From IMG/VR virus record IMGVR_UViG_3300030098_004828, positions 62,001-126,000 of that record: a DNA stretch of 64,000 nucleotides; one strand, 5' to 3'. Within the stretch, counting starts at the first letter, position 1, and every line of letters begins with the position of its first letter. The notes below the pieces were generated by a model. It searched no databases. It worked only from the letters and a program-made list of their open reading frames with translations, and had not been told where the DNA came from. The position numbers and the translations under genes were made by a program. This document shows, piece by piece, positions 32,001 to 40,747 of the stretch.

Positions 32001-35000
32001 TCAAGAAAAGAACAGTATAATAAAGCTTTAGCTTTAGCTAAAACAGATCTTCAAAAAGCTACTATAGAATTCTTTTTTAATAGACAGATAACAAATCCTA
32101 AACAATTTAGTCAACTTGTTGCAAGTCATACTATAGAAGGTATAGCAGGACCATTAGTTACATTAAATAAAAAAGATCATATTTATTATGAAATTCCAAA
32201 TCTATTAGAATATACTAGTGTTACAACAGCTATTAAAGGTTATATGACATCTAAAAATCCTCATGTAGTTAAAAAGGGAGAAACTATAAATGACATAATT
32301 AAAGAATTTGAAGTTAGTAGAAAAATTTTAGACAGAATGAATCCTGAAATTAATCTTGATACTATTAAAACTGGTGATTCTGTAAACATACCTGATCAAG
32401 ATTTTGTTCTTAATAGAAAAATAGGAGATGATTTTGATTCTATTGTAGATGGATTAGCTGCTTTTAAATCTTTTAACGAACTTCCTGCAATGAAAGTTTT
32501 AAATAAAGAAGTAGCAGAAGAAGCTTATAAAGAAGCATCACTTGTACTTACAGGTATAAGAGCAGCTGGTGCAGTTCTTATACCTCAAGTTATAGTTGCA
32601 GATCCTATAAATAAAATAGCAGGTAGTATTGATATATTAGCAATATATCCTGATGGTACTTATCAGGTTATAGACTTAAAAACAAGTAGAAATAGTGTTG
32701 TAGGATTAAAAAGTAAATACAAAACTGTAGCATATCCTGTTAACGTTGGTAGTATATTTACAAAAGGAAAGGTTGAAAGACAACACAAAATAGTAGATGG
32801 AAAAAAGAAATATACAGAAGAATATAATCCTACTATTCATTGGCCAGAATTTACTACAGAACAACAACACAATATGCAGGTTAATCTTTATAATAGAATG
32901 TTACATAATATGGGTTATGTTCAAAATACTGCTCCATCTATAACATTACATATTAAAGTTGAAGTTGAAGGTTATGGTAAAGATCAAAAGTTTTTAGATG
33001 AATTTAATTTTGAAGAATCTAATTTTCATCCTATGTCACAAAATCAAGATAAGGTTGATAAAGTTATTCCTGTCAAAGTTAATCAAGAAATGAGAAAAGT
33101 ATTACACGAGGTGTATAAAAATTCTCCTGAATTTAATCCAGTAAGAGGTGATAACTTTTTAACTGATGATCAAGCTCAACCTGAATCAACAACTAATATA
33201 GATTCTGCTAAAGGTAAAGAAGAGTATAAAGCTGTAATGAAAATTACAAAAGATTATGTTGGACATCTTACAAACAGAGAAGAATCAATTAAACAACTAA
33301 CTAAGCATATTAAAAATATTGACAAGTATGCTAAAATGGAATTAGAAAGAATTCAAGTACACACAGATATGATAACTTTAGCATTTAAAAAAGGTAAAGT
33401 TAGACAGGTTTACACTAGACTTCTTAAAGAAAGTATTGATCAATTAACAGAAGTTAAAAATTATTTTTTAGATCCAAAAAACTTTAATAAGAATGAATAC
33501 TTAAAAAGAATAAATCACTATGAAACTTTTATAGATTCTTTTGAAGGTCTTACTACAATAGATAAAGAATCTTTAAAACAATTAAATTCTGAGCAACGTG
33601 CATTAAAAGATGAATTGGTGTCTTTAATACAAGATCTAAAAGGTAGAATAAATACGAAAGGACAAATAGTTGAAGTTGGTATTTTACAAACTGCACAAGA
33701 AAATTGGATGAAAGCTTTTGTAAAACAAAGAAGTTCCGGGAAAATGATTCAAGGAACTGAATATGGTTTTGGTACTGCACAAGAAAGTCAAGTAATTAGA
33801 GACTGGTCAGATGAAGATTTAAATGAATTATTACAATGGGCATATGAGATACAAGGAGGAGAGGCAAATCTTGGAGATATGTCAACATCTAGTGATACCT
33901 TAATGGCATTGGCTGATCAGTTTTATTCAGAAAAAGTTCAAGAGGTTATTGATATAAGAGAAAAATTTGATTCAATGATTAGTGTTTTAGAACGTAGACT
34001 TGAAAGATTAGGATCAAAAAATCCTCAAACTAGATATGAGTTTATGTTAAATGAAGATGGTTCTATTGTTAAAGAATTAGGAGGTGAATATTCTAAACTA
34101 AAAAGAGAGCTTATGGATCTCATGATGAATCATGATGGTAGTAAAAGAGAATATATTATAAAAGGTTTTGATGGAGAATACACTAAACAAGAAATAGAAC
34201 ATAATGAAAAATTGTTTAAGGATAAAAAAAGAGCAGGTGATTTTTGGAGACCAGAAATTATTGTAGAAGGTGTTGTTGACCATGGAGAATATCATCAATA
34301 CTCTCCAGAATATATAAAAGAAAGGAAAAAGTTTATGCGTTATAAGTATTGGAAGAAAAAAGGTTGGGGAGAATGGCAACAAAAACCTGGTGTTTCTGAT
34401 AAGGCTTTTAGAGAATTTTGGAGCAAATGGCATGAAACAAGAACATATAATAAACCTCAAATAATAAAAGGAAGATTTACTGGTAAAATGGAAACAGCAA
34501 CTAAGGACTTTATAAAATGGACAGTTGATGGTAAACCAACCAAGATACCAAGATTAATTACAGGTTCTGGTAAAAGCATGCGTAGTAAAAGATATGATAA
34601 AATAATGAATCCTAAAACAGAATTGGGTAGAGCTGAAAAAGAGTTTTATGAATTTTGGATAAAACATTGGGAGGGACCTAAAGGTATGTTAAGTAGAATG
34701 CCAGAAGGGGTTAGAAAAATGATGACAGATAGATCTCCTTTAGTAGTTAGTAGATTAGCTAAAGAATTAAAAGGTAAACCTAGTTTTATTAGAAAATTAT
34801 GGGCAAAAACTATTGGTGGAAGTTTAAAAGATGGTGTAAAAAGTTTATTTGGTGATAATACATTTGATGGTAAAAAAGTTCTTGTAGATGAATATGGATA
34901 TGTTGTAGACAGCATTCCTATGTATTTTATAGGTAAACCAAAATTAAAAGAAGATTTAGAAAAAATAGAAAAAGCACTTAATAAGCTTGATTCTCAACTT

Positions 35001-36851
35001 GAAAAAAATATAATAGGTAAACAAGCTTATATAAAAAAGAAAGCAGAATTAGATAGGGTTAGAACTAGAATTATGAATGCTCCATCTGTGGAAGAAGTTA
35101 GTAGAGATTTAGGAGATAGTCTTAAGAAATTTAATTTAATGTCAGCTCATTATAATATTATGAGTGAATCAGAAGATGTATTTTCAACTATACTTAAAGT
35201 CATGGAGCGTAGAGAATATTTCCCTAAGGATAAAAGACATAGACAATATAAAATAGGAAAAAAAGGAGAGCAAATAGAAGTAGGAACAAAGAAAGGGGGA
35301 CAGTCTTTAAAAGAAGCAAAAAATGTAACCAGATTTAAAAAATGGTTGCACATGGTGTTCTATGATAAAGATGCTTTAGATCAACCTAGATATCAAAAAA
35401 TGGTTAACGCTTTAAAAAATTATACATCTGTTGCTTATGTTGCTTTTAATACATTTGGTAACATAAATAACTATATGATTGGTAGAATGAACAACTGGAT
35501 TGAAACTGCCGGTGCTCAATTTTATACAAGGAAAGCTTATGCTCAAGCTGAACTTGAGTTTAATACGAAAGTTATGCCAGATATGATGGAGCAATTAGGT
35601 AAGAAAAATGCAGTAGGAGACTTAATAGGACTTAGTAAAAGTGATTATGATCCTGTAGTTCCTAGAACTAAAGCATTAGCAGCCATAGGTTATTTCAGAA
35701 TGATGGATGATAAACAAGAAATAGCAGAGACAGGATTAGGTTATGATCAATCTTACTTAGGAAAAATTATAACATGGGCCTATGGTATTAACTATTCTTT
35801 TGAGTTTAATGTGCAAAGTAAAGTTGGTAGAGCAATACTTGGAAGTTTAATGTTAGAGAAATCTACAGTTAATGAACAAGGAGAATATATTGAAAAACCT
35901 GTTGGTGAACCAGAAACTCTTTCTATTTTTGATGCAATGCAATATAACAATCAAACAGGAGAGGTAACATTTAAAGAAGGATTTAATACATTTATAGATC
36001 AACACGGTAGAAAAATGCCTTGGACTGGAGAAGGTGGAAGAGCTCATAAGCTAGTAAGAAATTATATAAGAGAAGTAAATAAACAAATTCACGGTAACTA
36101 TGCTCATAAAGATAGAGCAGCTTTTCAACAAGGAGCAATAGGTCAACTATTATTTCAATTTCATAAATGGACTTATCCAGCATTAAAGGCTAGATTTAGA
36201 CCAGAATATTATGATGAAAATTTAGGATACCTACAAGGTAGATACAGAACTTGGATTAGTTTCTTTGGTTATTTATCTAAATATGTATATGATAGTAAGA
36301 ACAAAGGTAATCAACCAGGGTTTTTTACAGATCCTATAAAAGGAAAAGTAAGAAGAGCAAATATGATAAAAAATGGAACAGAGCTTACATTTTTTGTAAC
36401 ATCATATATATTAACAATATTATTAAGCAATCTTTTTGAAGATGATGATGATGAAGTTGGTACAAGTAGTAGAAGATTAAAGAATGCTCTTATATATCAA
36501 ATAAATAGATTACGTAGAGAAACTGGTCAATTTATACCTGTATTAGGATGGCCAGAATTATTTCAAATGGTTCAAAGCCCAATGGCATCTACAAGAACTC
36601 TTGGAGAATTAGGAGGGGCAATTGAAAAATCTTTTGCTACAGGATTAGCGTTTATGTATTATCCTTTATTTGTTGGTGGAAACTGGCAAAAAGAAATGAA
36701 GAAAAATAAAGATTTCTATTATCAAAGAGGAGCAAGAAAAGGATCTTTAAAATTAGGTAAAGAATGGTCAGATGTTATCCCTCTGTGGTACTTAAGAAAT
36801 AGATGGATAGGATATGACACAGTTAGGGATATGCATATACCAGGATTATAA
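29070..36851 (+). CDS. Giant virion ejection-type polyprotein (2593 aa) with CCA-adding/HD, PD-(D/E)xK nuclease, LysM and membrane segments
   Basis: CCA motifs GGAVRD..DIDIE, RRDFTWNA, EDPLRVLR, HPEGDVEVH, HDFAKP; TAIEEVLHPF; LysM HVVKKGET...NIP; nuclease IAGSIDIL..IDLKT..QVNLY; hydrophobic C-terminal helices. Confidence 0.85.
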   Translation: MACVNRNTTEYKVLLEEFKSPIAVDLLVDNWQKFNKKNTMPTVSELKDYNNQRKKLFSLQKRQFTESIVVKLSDLGIIKKDYNISRNGDFSGSIEDGGMWHEELDEEYVTILEDQLRNEEIEPMDYDIALEQAYVYKYRGASLETLEQNRNRLMSFLDAFNLPSDFINVRVRSLEESMFIENEPLIRYADEIATKENKKIYRKKLPIKLTRPAINIIRELNKKGNKALIVGGAVRDSLRGVENKDIDIEVYGISYGNLENLLSKYGRVSVVGKSFGVIKFEDESGVEYDFSVPRRESTKGVGHKDFKIDVDPNMSPEEAAKRRDFTWNALAYDPIKEEIHDYFGGIKAIQRGTMEITSEQFIEDPLRVLRAMQFQSRSGDKISAKDYGIMKQMVRQGAWDNLPKERISEEFMKWALKGKNPSMIFNFLRKTNLMQELPYIGLLKGVKQDKEWHPEGDVEVHTGYVMDAAVKIADREGLKGDDRAVLIFAALTHDFAKPQTTEKNLIEYQEKETGKTQTRMAITSRGHEKAGGPLAKEFLESIGIKKSIIDRVVPLVVEHLQHVSIAALPEEKGKVTAVKTLARKLEPSNIQELLYLIEADNSGRPPLPKGLGQAGVELKRLAKNVKVTTKPKKDLLQGRDLISLGMKPGEQFSEVLNKARRAEDEGIFNTVEGGKLWVRKNILKEDVELEEVKPMNVKVESKDDSMETDMEPLANDNYEYLPEYEFNTNRNTLEVDDIITEDISKDLTFTRTIINHLERIFPDINVQYITELEYKAMRLVEQDVTRELLEAEGMETIKEDEVKSFFYDGTAYIIKDRITAETAIEEVLHPFVNALESDNKALFNSLLKEAKLNFPTLRAQIEGVYTDEKGFSPLERNLELVTQALTRHFKKEYEDTPTTNWRSKIKDLITWLAETVKNIYTYITSGFLSVSPEQISSANNLTDVAKLLNTEGLLIRFKGGKKDKGAFRSFKQYSLTESRKEQYNKALALAKTDLQKATIEFFFNRQITNPKQFSQLVASHTIEGIAGPLVTLNKKDHIYYEIPNLLEYTSVTTAIKGYMTSKNPHVVKKGETINDIIKEFEVSRKILDRMNPEINLDTIKTGDSVNIPDQDFVLNRKIGDDFDSIVDGLAAFKSFNELPAMKVLNKEVAEEAYKEASLVLTGIRAAGAVLIPQVIVADPINKIAGSIDILAIYPDGTYQVIDLKTSRNSVVGLKSKYKTVAYPVNVGSIFTKGKVERQHKIVDGKKKYTEEYNPTIHWPEFTTEQQHNMQVNLYNRMLHNMGYVQNTAPSITLHIKVEVEGYGKDQKFLDEFNFEESNFHPMSQNQDKVDKVIPVKVNQEMRKVLHEVYKNSPEFNPVRGDNFLTDDQAQPESTTNIDSAKGKEEYKAVMKITKDYVGHLTNREESIKQLTKHIKNIDKYAKMELERIQVHTDMITLAFKKGKVRQVYTRLLKESIDQLTEVKNYFLDPKNFNKNEYLKRINHYETFIDSFEGLTTIDKESLKQLNSEQRALKDELVSLIQDLKGRINTKGQIVEVGILQTAQENWMKAFVKQRSSGKMIQGTEYGFGTAQESQVIRDWSDEDLNELLQWAYEIQGGEANLGDMSTSSDTLMALADQFYSEKVQEVIDIREKFDSMISVLERRLERLGSKNPQTRYEFMLNEDGSIVKELGGEYSKLKRELMDLMMNHDGSKREYIIKGFDGEYTKQEIEHNEKLFKDKKRAGDFWRPEIIVEGVVDHGEYHQYSPEYIKERKKFMRYKYWKKKGWGEWQQKPGVSDKAFREFWSKWHETRTYNKPQIIKGRFTGKMETATKDFIKWTVDGKPTKIPRLITGSGKSMRSKRYDKIMNPKTELGRAEKEFYEFWIKHWEGPKGMLSRMPEGVRKMMTDRSPLVVSRLAKELKGKPSFIRKLWAKTIGGSLKDGVKSLFGDNTFDGKKVLVDEYGYVVDSIPMYFIGKPKLKEDLEKIEKALNKLDSQLEKNIIGKQAYIKKKAELDRVRTRIMNAPSVEEVSRDLGDSLKKFNLMSAHYNIMSESEDVFSTILKVMERREYFPKDKRHRQYKIGKKGEQIEVGTKKGGQSLKEAKNVTRFKKWLHMVFYDKDALDQPRYQKMVNALKNYTSVAYVAFNTFGNINNYMIGRMNNWIETAGAQFYTRKAYAQAELEFNTKVMPDMMEQLGKKNAVGDLIGLSKSDYDPVVPRTKALAAIGYFRMMDDKQEIAETGLGYDQSYLGKIITWAYGINYSFEFNVQSKVGRAILGSLMLEKSTVNEQGEYIEKPVGEPETLSIFDAMQYNNQTGEVTFKEGFNTFIDQHGRKMPWTGEGGRAHKLVRNYIREVNKQIHGNYAHKDRAAFQQGAIGQLLFQFHKWTYPALKARFRPEYYDENLGYLQGRYRTWISFFGYLSKYVYDSKNKGNQPGFFTDPIKGKVRRANMIKNGTELTFFVTSYILTILLSNLFEDDDDEVGTSSRRLKNALIYQINRLRRETGQFIPVLGWPELFQMVQSPMASTRTLGELGGAIEKSFATGLAFMYYPLFVGGNWQKEMKKNKDFYYQRGARKGSLKLGKEWSDVIPLWYLRNRWIGYDTVRDMHIPGL
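29680..31110 (+). other. cca: Class II CCA-adding tRNA nucleotidyltransferase domain with HD phosphohydrolase (within the 2593-aa protein)
   Basis: Motif A GGAVRD-x7-DIDIE, motif B RRDFTWNAL, motif D EDPLRVLRAMQF, LPKERISEE, HD-domain entry HPEGDVEVHT, HD dyad in THDFAKP, GHEK, EHLQH, ADNSGR, and tail LLQGRDLISLGMKPGEQFSEVL. Confidence 0.9.
32262..32393 (+). other. LysM domain (within the 2593-aa protein)
   Basis: HVVKKGETINDIIKEFEVSRKILDRMNPEINLDTIKTGDSVNIP fits the LysM consensus (h.V..GDTL..IA......l...N......l..Gq.l.iP). Confidence 0.85.
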
Positions 36852-37021
36852 TGCCAGTAAACAAAAAAATAATAAGAATAGATAAAGATAAGTACGAAGA
36901 ACTTAAAAGTAACTTCAGTACTATCTTTGATCTATATATATCTGATAATGACTATTACGTTATTGGAACCTTTGAAGATCTTAAGTCTGTTGGTGTTGAT
37001 CCGGGCGTTCCTTTTGTTTAA
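36851..37021 (+). CDS. Small hypothetical protein (56 aa), not in ORF track
   Basis: ATG overlaps the upstream TAA (TAATG coupling). Translation: MPVNKKIIRIDKDKYEELKSNFSTIFDLYISDNDYYVIGTFEDLKSVGVDPGVPFV. Confidence 0.55.
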   Translation: MPVNKKIIRIDKDKYEELKSNFSTIFDLYISDNDYYVIGTFEDLKSVGVDPGVPFV

Positions 37022-37142
37022 AAGGACAATGCTTACAACCATTCCCGCAGCAATATCCTCTTTTAAGATGATATGCTGCAGTCATGACTGTATTACCGTC
37101 TCTATCTTTATAGAAATATGGAGTAAATTTACTTAACTTCAC
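36981..37142 (-). CDS. Small Cys-rich DUF5522-like protein (53 aa), not in ORF track
   Basis: GTG start overlapping the last RNR codons. Translation MKLSKFTPYFYKDRDGNTVMTAAYHLKRGYCCGNGCKHCPF...; HLKRGYCCGNGCKHCP matches the DUF5522 signature as I recall it. Confidence 0.75.
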   Translation of the reverse strand: MKLSKFTPYFYKDRDGNTVMTAAYHLKRGYCCGNGCKHCPFKQKERPDQHQQT

Positions 37143-38988
37143 AAGCTCCACCAGCACACGCTAGCTCTCCAGTTAAATTAGTTTCATCATTCTCTTCAGT
37201 GATCTTAGATAGATCAATATCCATTAATGATTTAACCATTTCATTATACTTCTTTTTAGTAATGTCTTCAAATGGAGCCTGAGTATAAGTACCACCATCA
37301 TATGGAAGCACAGCAAGACCATTATAATGATCTCTGTTTTTCCACATCCAGTCACCAGCTAATTCCCAGTCTTCATCCTTTAAGCTAATTGTAGCAGAAA
37401 CATTATGAGTATTAGATCCAGATCTATGCCCAGTCTTTACCCATTCTGTAGCTACCTTCTTTACTCTTTCAAGTAATTGGAAAGCAGATTCAGTTCTTAA
37501 GATAGAGCCTTCCGGAGCCTTTTGGGGTATACTTATAACTGCTGTATCATGGCCACGGAAGACACAATCTTCTACTAGATCAGGATGATTCTTAGCAAGA
37601 TACCCATATATAGCCTCATTCTTACCTACACGTATTCTTCTTATATAGTAATCATTATGCCATGCATGAATACCAGAACTAGTTCCTAATGTTAATGATG
37701 TTGTACCAGCAGGTTTTACTGTTGTTGTTCTAGCAGCCTTTTTGATACCAATTAATTTAGCAATTCTAGCATTCTCTTTTTTTACTACTTTAGCAGCTGC
37801 TTCCATATCATAACCAAGTATTTTACCAGATCCTATACCAGTCATAGATACACCAATCAATGCATCTTTTTCTGTAGTCTCTTGCCATACTGGTCTGAGA
37901 TAGTGGAAGTTAGTGTATCCTGCTTGAAGTGTTCCTATAAATGTAGCAGCTTTGACTCTTAGCTCAAGATCTTCTTGAGAATCAATATTACTTACATTAA
38001 CTTCACATAAATTGCAGAATTGAAAAGGACGTAGAGCAATCTCACAACATGGATTAGTTCCCCAGTCTTTATCATTATTAAAATATATACCAGGTTCACC
38101 GGCTTTACTTAACTCTACTCTTTTCCATAGATCCATAAAGAAAGACTTAGTTATCTTATGTCTCATAAGAACAGCAGAATTGTTAGCTCTACCACGTTGT
38201 GGATTTAATTCCCACCAAGCACCAGCTTTACAAGCAATCATTTCATCATCATCAGCACTAAATAGACTGATAAGAGCAGCACGTCTAATACCACCAGCTA
38301 ATACAGCATCTGCTATGTAACATATAATATCATGTGCTTCAAGTGTACTAAGTGAATCACCATCTTCTTTATTCTCAAGAATACCAGTGATTTTAAGTAT
38401 ACATTCTTTTAATGGTTGTGGTCCAGGAGCTTTACCACCAGAAGTTACTAATCTTGCTCCTTTAGGTCTAATATCTGAATAGTCAAATACTATACGTGAA
38501 CTCTTACCATTTAAATATGATTTCATTAACATCTTAATAGCATCTGCCCATCCTTCTATAGAGTCACCAATTAAGTAACGTCTTGTTCTTTTTTTATATG
38601 GTTTATTAATCAATGGTAATTTATCTACATGATGTTGTTGTACTGAATATCCCACACCTGTTCCACCAAGTAATAAGAACATGGTTTCACTAAAAGCATC
38701 TATATGATCTATAGGAAGGTATGCACAATTATATATTCTATTAGGACTAATTTCAATTGGTTTACCACCAAACTGCATAGATCTCATAGATGGCAAAACC
38801 TTTTTGTCAAATACATATTCATATGTACCTCTTATATCATCCTCAAGTTCAGGATATGTTTTAATATGCATATTCATATTTCTAGTGACCAATTCTTTCC
38901 AGGTCTCTCTTCTTTTTAATTCAGGATTATACCGTGCATATTTCATATGGACAGTAATATCACTAAGAATTTTGTTATTCAATTCCAT
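37129..38988 (-). CDS. nrdJ: Class II (adenosylcobalamin-dependent) ribonucleotide reductase
   Basis: PSMRSMQFGG, NCAY, TNPCCEI, CNLCEVN, TVKPAGT, C-terminal CAGGAC. No small-subunit gene adjacent. Confidence 0.92.
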   Translation of the reverse strand: MELNNKILSDITVHMKYARYNPELKRRETWKELVTRNMNMHIKTYPELEDDIRGTYEYVFDKKVLPSMRSMQFGGKPIEISPNRIYNCAYLPIDHIDAFSETMFLLLGGTGVGYSVQQHHVDKLPLINKPYKKRTRRYLIGDSIEGWADAIKMLMKSYLNGKSSRIVFDYSDIRPKGARLVTSGGKAPGPQPLKECILKITGILENKEDGDSLSTLEAHDIICYIADAVLAGGIRRAALISLFSADDDEMIACKAGAWWELNPQRGRANNSAVLMRHKITKSFFMDLWKRVELSKAGEPGIYFNNDKDWGTNPCCEIALRPFQFCNLCEVNVSNIDSQEDLELRVKAATFIGTLQAGYTNFHYLRPVWQETTEKDALIGVSMTGIGSGKILGYDMEAAAKVVKKENARIAKLIGIKKAARTTTVKPAGTTSLTLGTSSGIHAWHNDYYIRRIRVGKNEAIYGYLAKNHPDLVEDCVFRGHDTAVISIPQKAPEGSILRTESAFQLLERVKKVATEWVKTGHRSGSNTHNVSATISLKDEDWELAGDWMWKNRDHYNGLAVLPYDGGTYTQAPFEDITKKKYNEMVKSLMDIDLSKITEENDETNLTGELACAGGACEVK

Positions 38989-39020
38989 TATTTTAGTATT
39001 TAATAGTTAATAAATGTAGA

Positions 39021-39039
39021 TACCTGAGATAATCAGGTA
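39021..39039. promoter_or_regulatory. Perfect 7-bp hairpin upstream of nrdJ
   Basis: TACCTGA-gataa-TCAGGTA in the divergent intergenic region. Confidence 0.4.
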
Positions 39040-39100
39040 ATAATAATATACTCAATTTCTTGAAAATAATCTGTATGAATTCCATTTTTAGTTGTTAAAG

Positions 39101-39118
39101 TTTTTTTGTATATTATAA
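39101..39118 (+). promoter_or_regulatory. Putative late-promoter motif TTTGTATATTA
   Basis: The same core recurs upstream of + strand genes at about 40423 and 46350, with variants at 7989 and 29054. Confidence 0.5.
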
Positions 39119-39159
39119 TATAGAGTAAAGTGAATACAAATATATAAAAATAATATAAT

Positions 39160-39498
39160 ATGACAACATGGAATAATTTAAATCCTGTAGAAGCTGCAAA
39201 AACTCAAAAACAATTAGAGTATCAAGAGAATTTAAACAAAATGACAGGTGTTACAGGTGCTGTTCTGTTACATACTTCAGGTGCAAATTTAACAGCTACT
39301 GGTAATTTTTTTGCAATCCAAGGAATAAAAGCAGCTAATGTAGATTTTACATCAGGCGCAGGTACTCAAACATTAGTAACTGGTAGTAATATGGATCAGT
39401 TTACTATTGATTTTATGATTCCTGATGGTGCAACAATTTATGGAAATTTTAGCAAGGTTACATTAGCAAGTGGATATGCTATTGCTTATAAAAAATAA
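39160..39498 (+). CDS. Small beta-rich putative structural protein (112 aa)
   Basis: First gene after the candidate promoter; Gly/Thr/Ala-rich, ending GATIYGNFSKVTLASGYAIAYKK. Confidence 0.5.
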   Translation: MTTWNNLNPVEAAKTQKQLEYQENLNKMTGVTGAVLLHTSGANLTATGNFFAIQGIKAANVDFTSGAGTQTLVTGSNMDQFTIDFMIPDGATIYGNFSKVTLASGYAIAYKK

Positions 39499-39500
39499 AT

Positions 39501-40418
39501 ATGTTTAGTTCTATAGGAAATACAAATACAAGTGTACATAGAAGACAACTTGATCCTCAAACAATTACAGATTATCATGCAGAACTTAATCAAAGGCTTG
39601 TAGGGTGGTTTGATTTTAGTGACGCATCTACAGTTTTTGAAGATATAGGAGGAACAGATCCTGCAGAAAATGCTGATAGAATAGCACGAATAAATAATAA
39701 AGCATATGATGGTAATGGAGCAAGTTCAGCATCACTAAATCTATTTGCAGGTCAAACATCTGTTCCTGAACAACCTACATGGACTGCTCCTGTTGGTTTT
39801 ACTCCTGGATATGGAACATTTCATGATATGGTTTTAGAATCTGATACAACACAAGGAAATGTATCTACTGGTAAAATGGGTGGGTATGCGTTTACTCCTC
39901 AAAAGTTTACATATATGGTGGTTGTAAAAGGTAATCCATCAGGTATAACCAGTCCTTCTGAACCTATATTTTCATTTACTGACCAAACTAGATCTGATAC
40001 AGGACTTGTGTATGCAGGTGCTGCACTTGGAAGTAATGTTAATTTTATATTTAATTTAAAAATGAATACTCCTAGATCAGATAGTACCTATAGGCCTGAT
40101 ACTGCTATAACATGCTACACATTAACAGGAGGTACACCAACTGCTCCAGCTAATAGTCTAAAGTGGTATGTGAATGGTGCATTGGGAGCTACTGATACAA
40201 CAGATTATAGTGCACAAACACGTGATTTAACTGTAAATGATCCTTCTATTCACTTTCATATGGGGTGGTGTTTTAGTCTTAATAGAGGTATGACTAAAGG
40301 TTTTGATGGAAGAATTTATGAAGTTGTTATGTATGATAATTGTTTAAATGAATATCAATTACGTCAATTACATAGATATGTAGGTTCAAAGTATGGAATT
40401 AGTATGGCAATAATCTAA
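39501..40418 (+). CDS. Concanavalin A/LamG-like domain protein, putative tail/receptor-binding or decoration protein
   Basis: LVGWFDFSD...WYVNG...FDGRIYEVVMYDNCL pattern typical of LamG-like folds. Confidence 0.6.
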   Translation: MFSSIGNTNTSVHRRQLDPQTITDYHAELNQRLVGWFDFSDASTVFEDIGGTDPAENADRIARINNKAYDGNGASSASLNLFAGQTSVPEQPTWTAPVGFTPGYGTFHDMVLESDTTQGNVSTGKMGGYAFTPQKFTYMVVVKGNPSGITSPSEPIFSFTDQTRSDTGLVYAGAALGSNVNFIFNLKMNTPRSDSTYRPDTAITCYTLTGGTPTAPANSLKWYVNGALGATDTTDYSAQTRDLTVNDPSIHFHMGWCFSLNRGMTKGFDGRIYEVVMYDNCLNEYQLRQLHRYVGSKYGISMAII

Positions 40419-40437
40419 AATATTTGTATATTATATT

Positions 40438-40746
40438 ATGGAGGAATACATCTTTACAATCATAATTACAGCACTAACAGTATTGTTTAGTGCAGAAGCG
40501 TGGAGATACTATAGGTCTAGAATGAATATTAAATACAACAAAGAATCTATGGCAGAAAAAAGAGAAACAGCATATGTTGACAGTTTAGAACAAAGAGTTT
40601 GTAAATTAGAAGATCTTCTAGGTGCAAGTGCAGCAGAAAAAGATGATCTTAGAGATAAGGTAGTAGAATTAACTGCTGAAGTTGCTACTCTACGTGAAAG
40701 AGTTAAGTTTCTTGAGGCAGATAATGAACGTTTAAAATTATTATAA
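40438..40746 (+). CDS. N-terminal TM helix plus coiled-coil protein (possible lysis accessory)
   Basis: Hydrophobic IFTIIITALTVLFSA followed by a heptad-rich coil. Confidence 0.5.
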   Translation: MEEYIFTIIITALTVLFSAEAWRYYRSRMNIKYNKESMAEKRETAYVDSLEQRVCKLEDLLGASAAEKDDLRDKVVELTAEVATLRERVKFLEADNERLKLL

Positions 40747-40747
40747 T

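Noticed and set aside
3696-36183. Short minus-strand ORFs antisense to the giant + strand genes
   Set aside because: Low-complexity Ile/Phe/Ser-rich translations typical of the reverse complement of AT-rich coding DNA; fully nested in long genes; no motifs.
36927-37136. ORF-track + strand 69-aa ORF
   Set aside because: Overlaps two better-supported small genes (coupled 56-aa ORF and DUF5522-like minus ORF); no motif.
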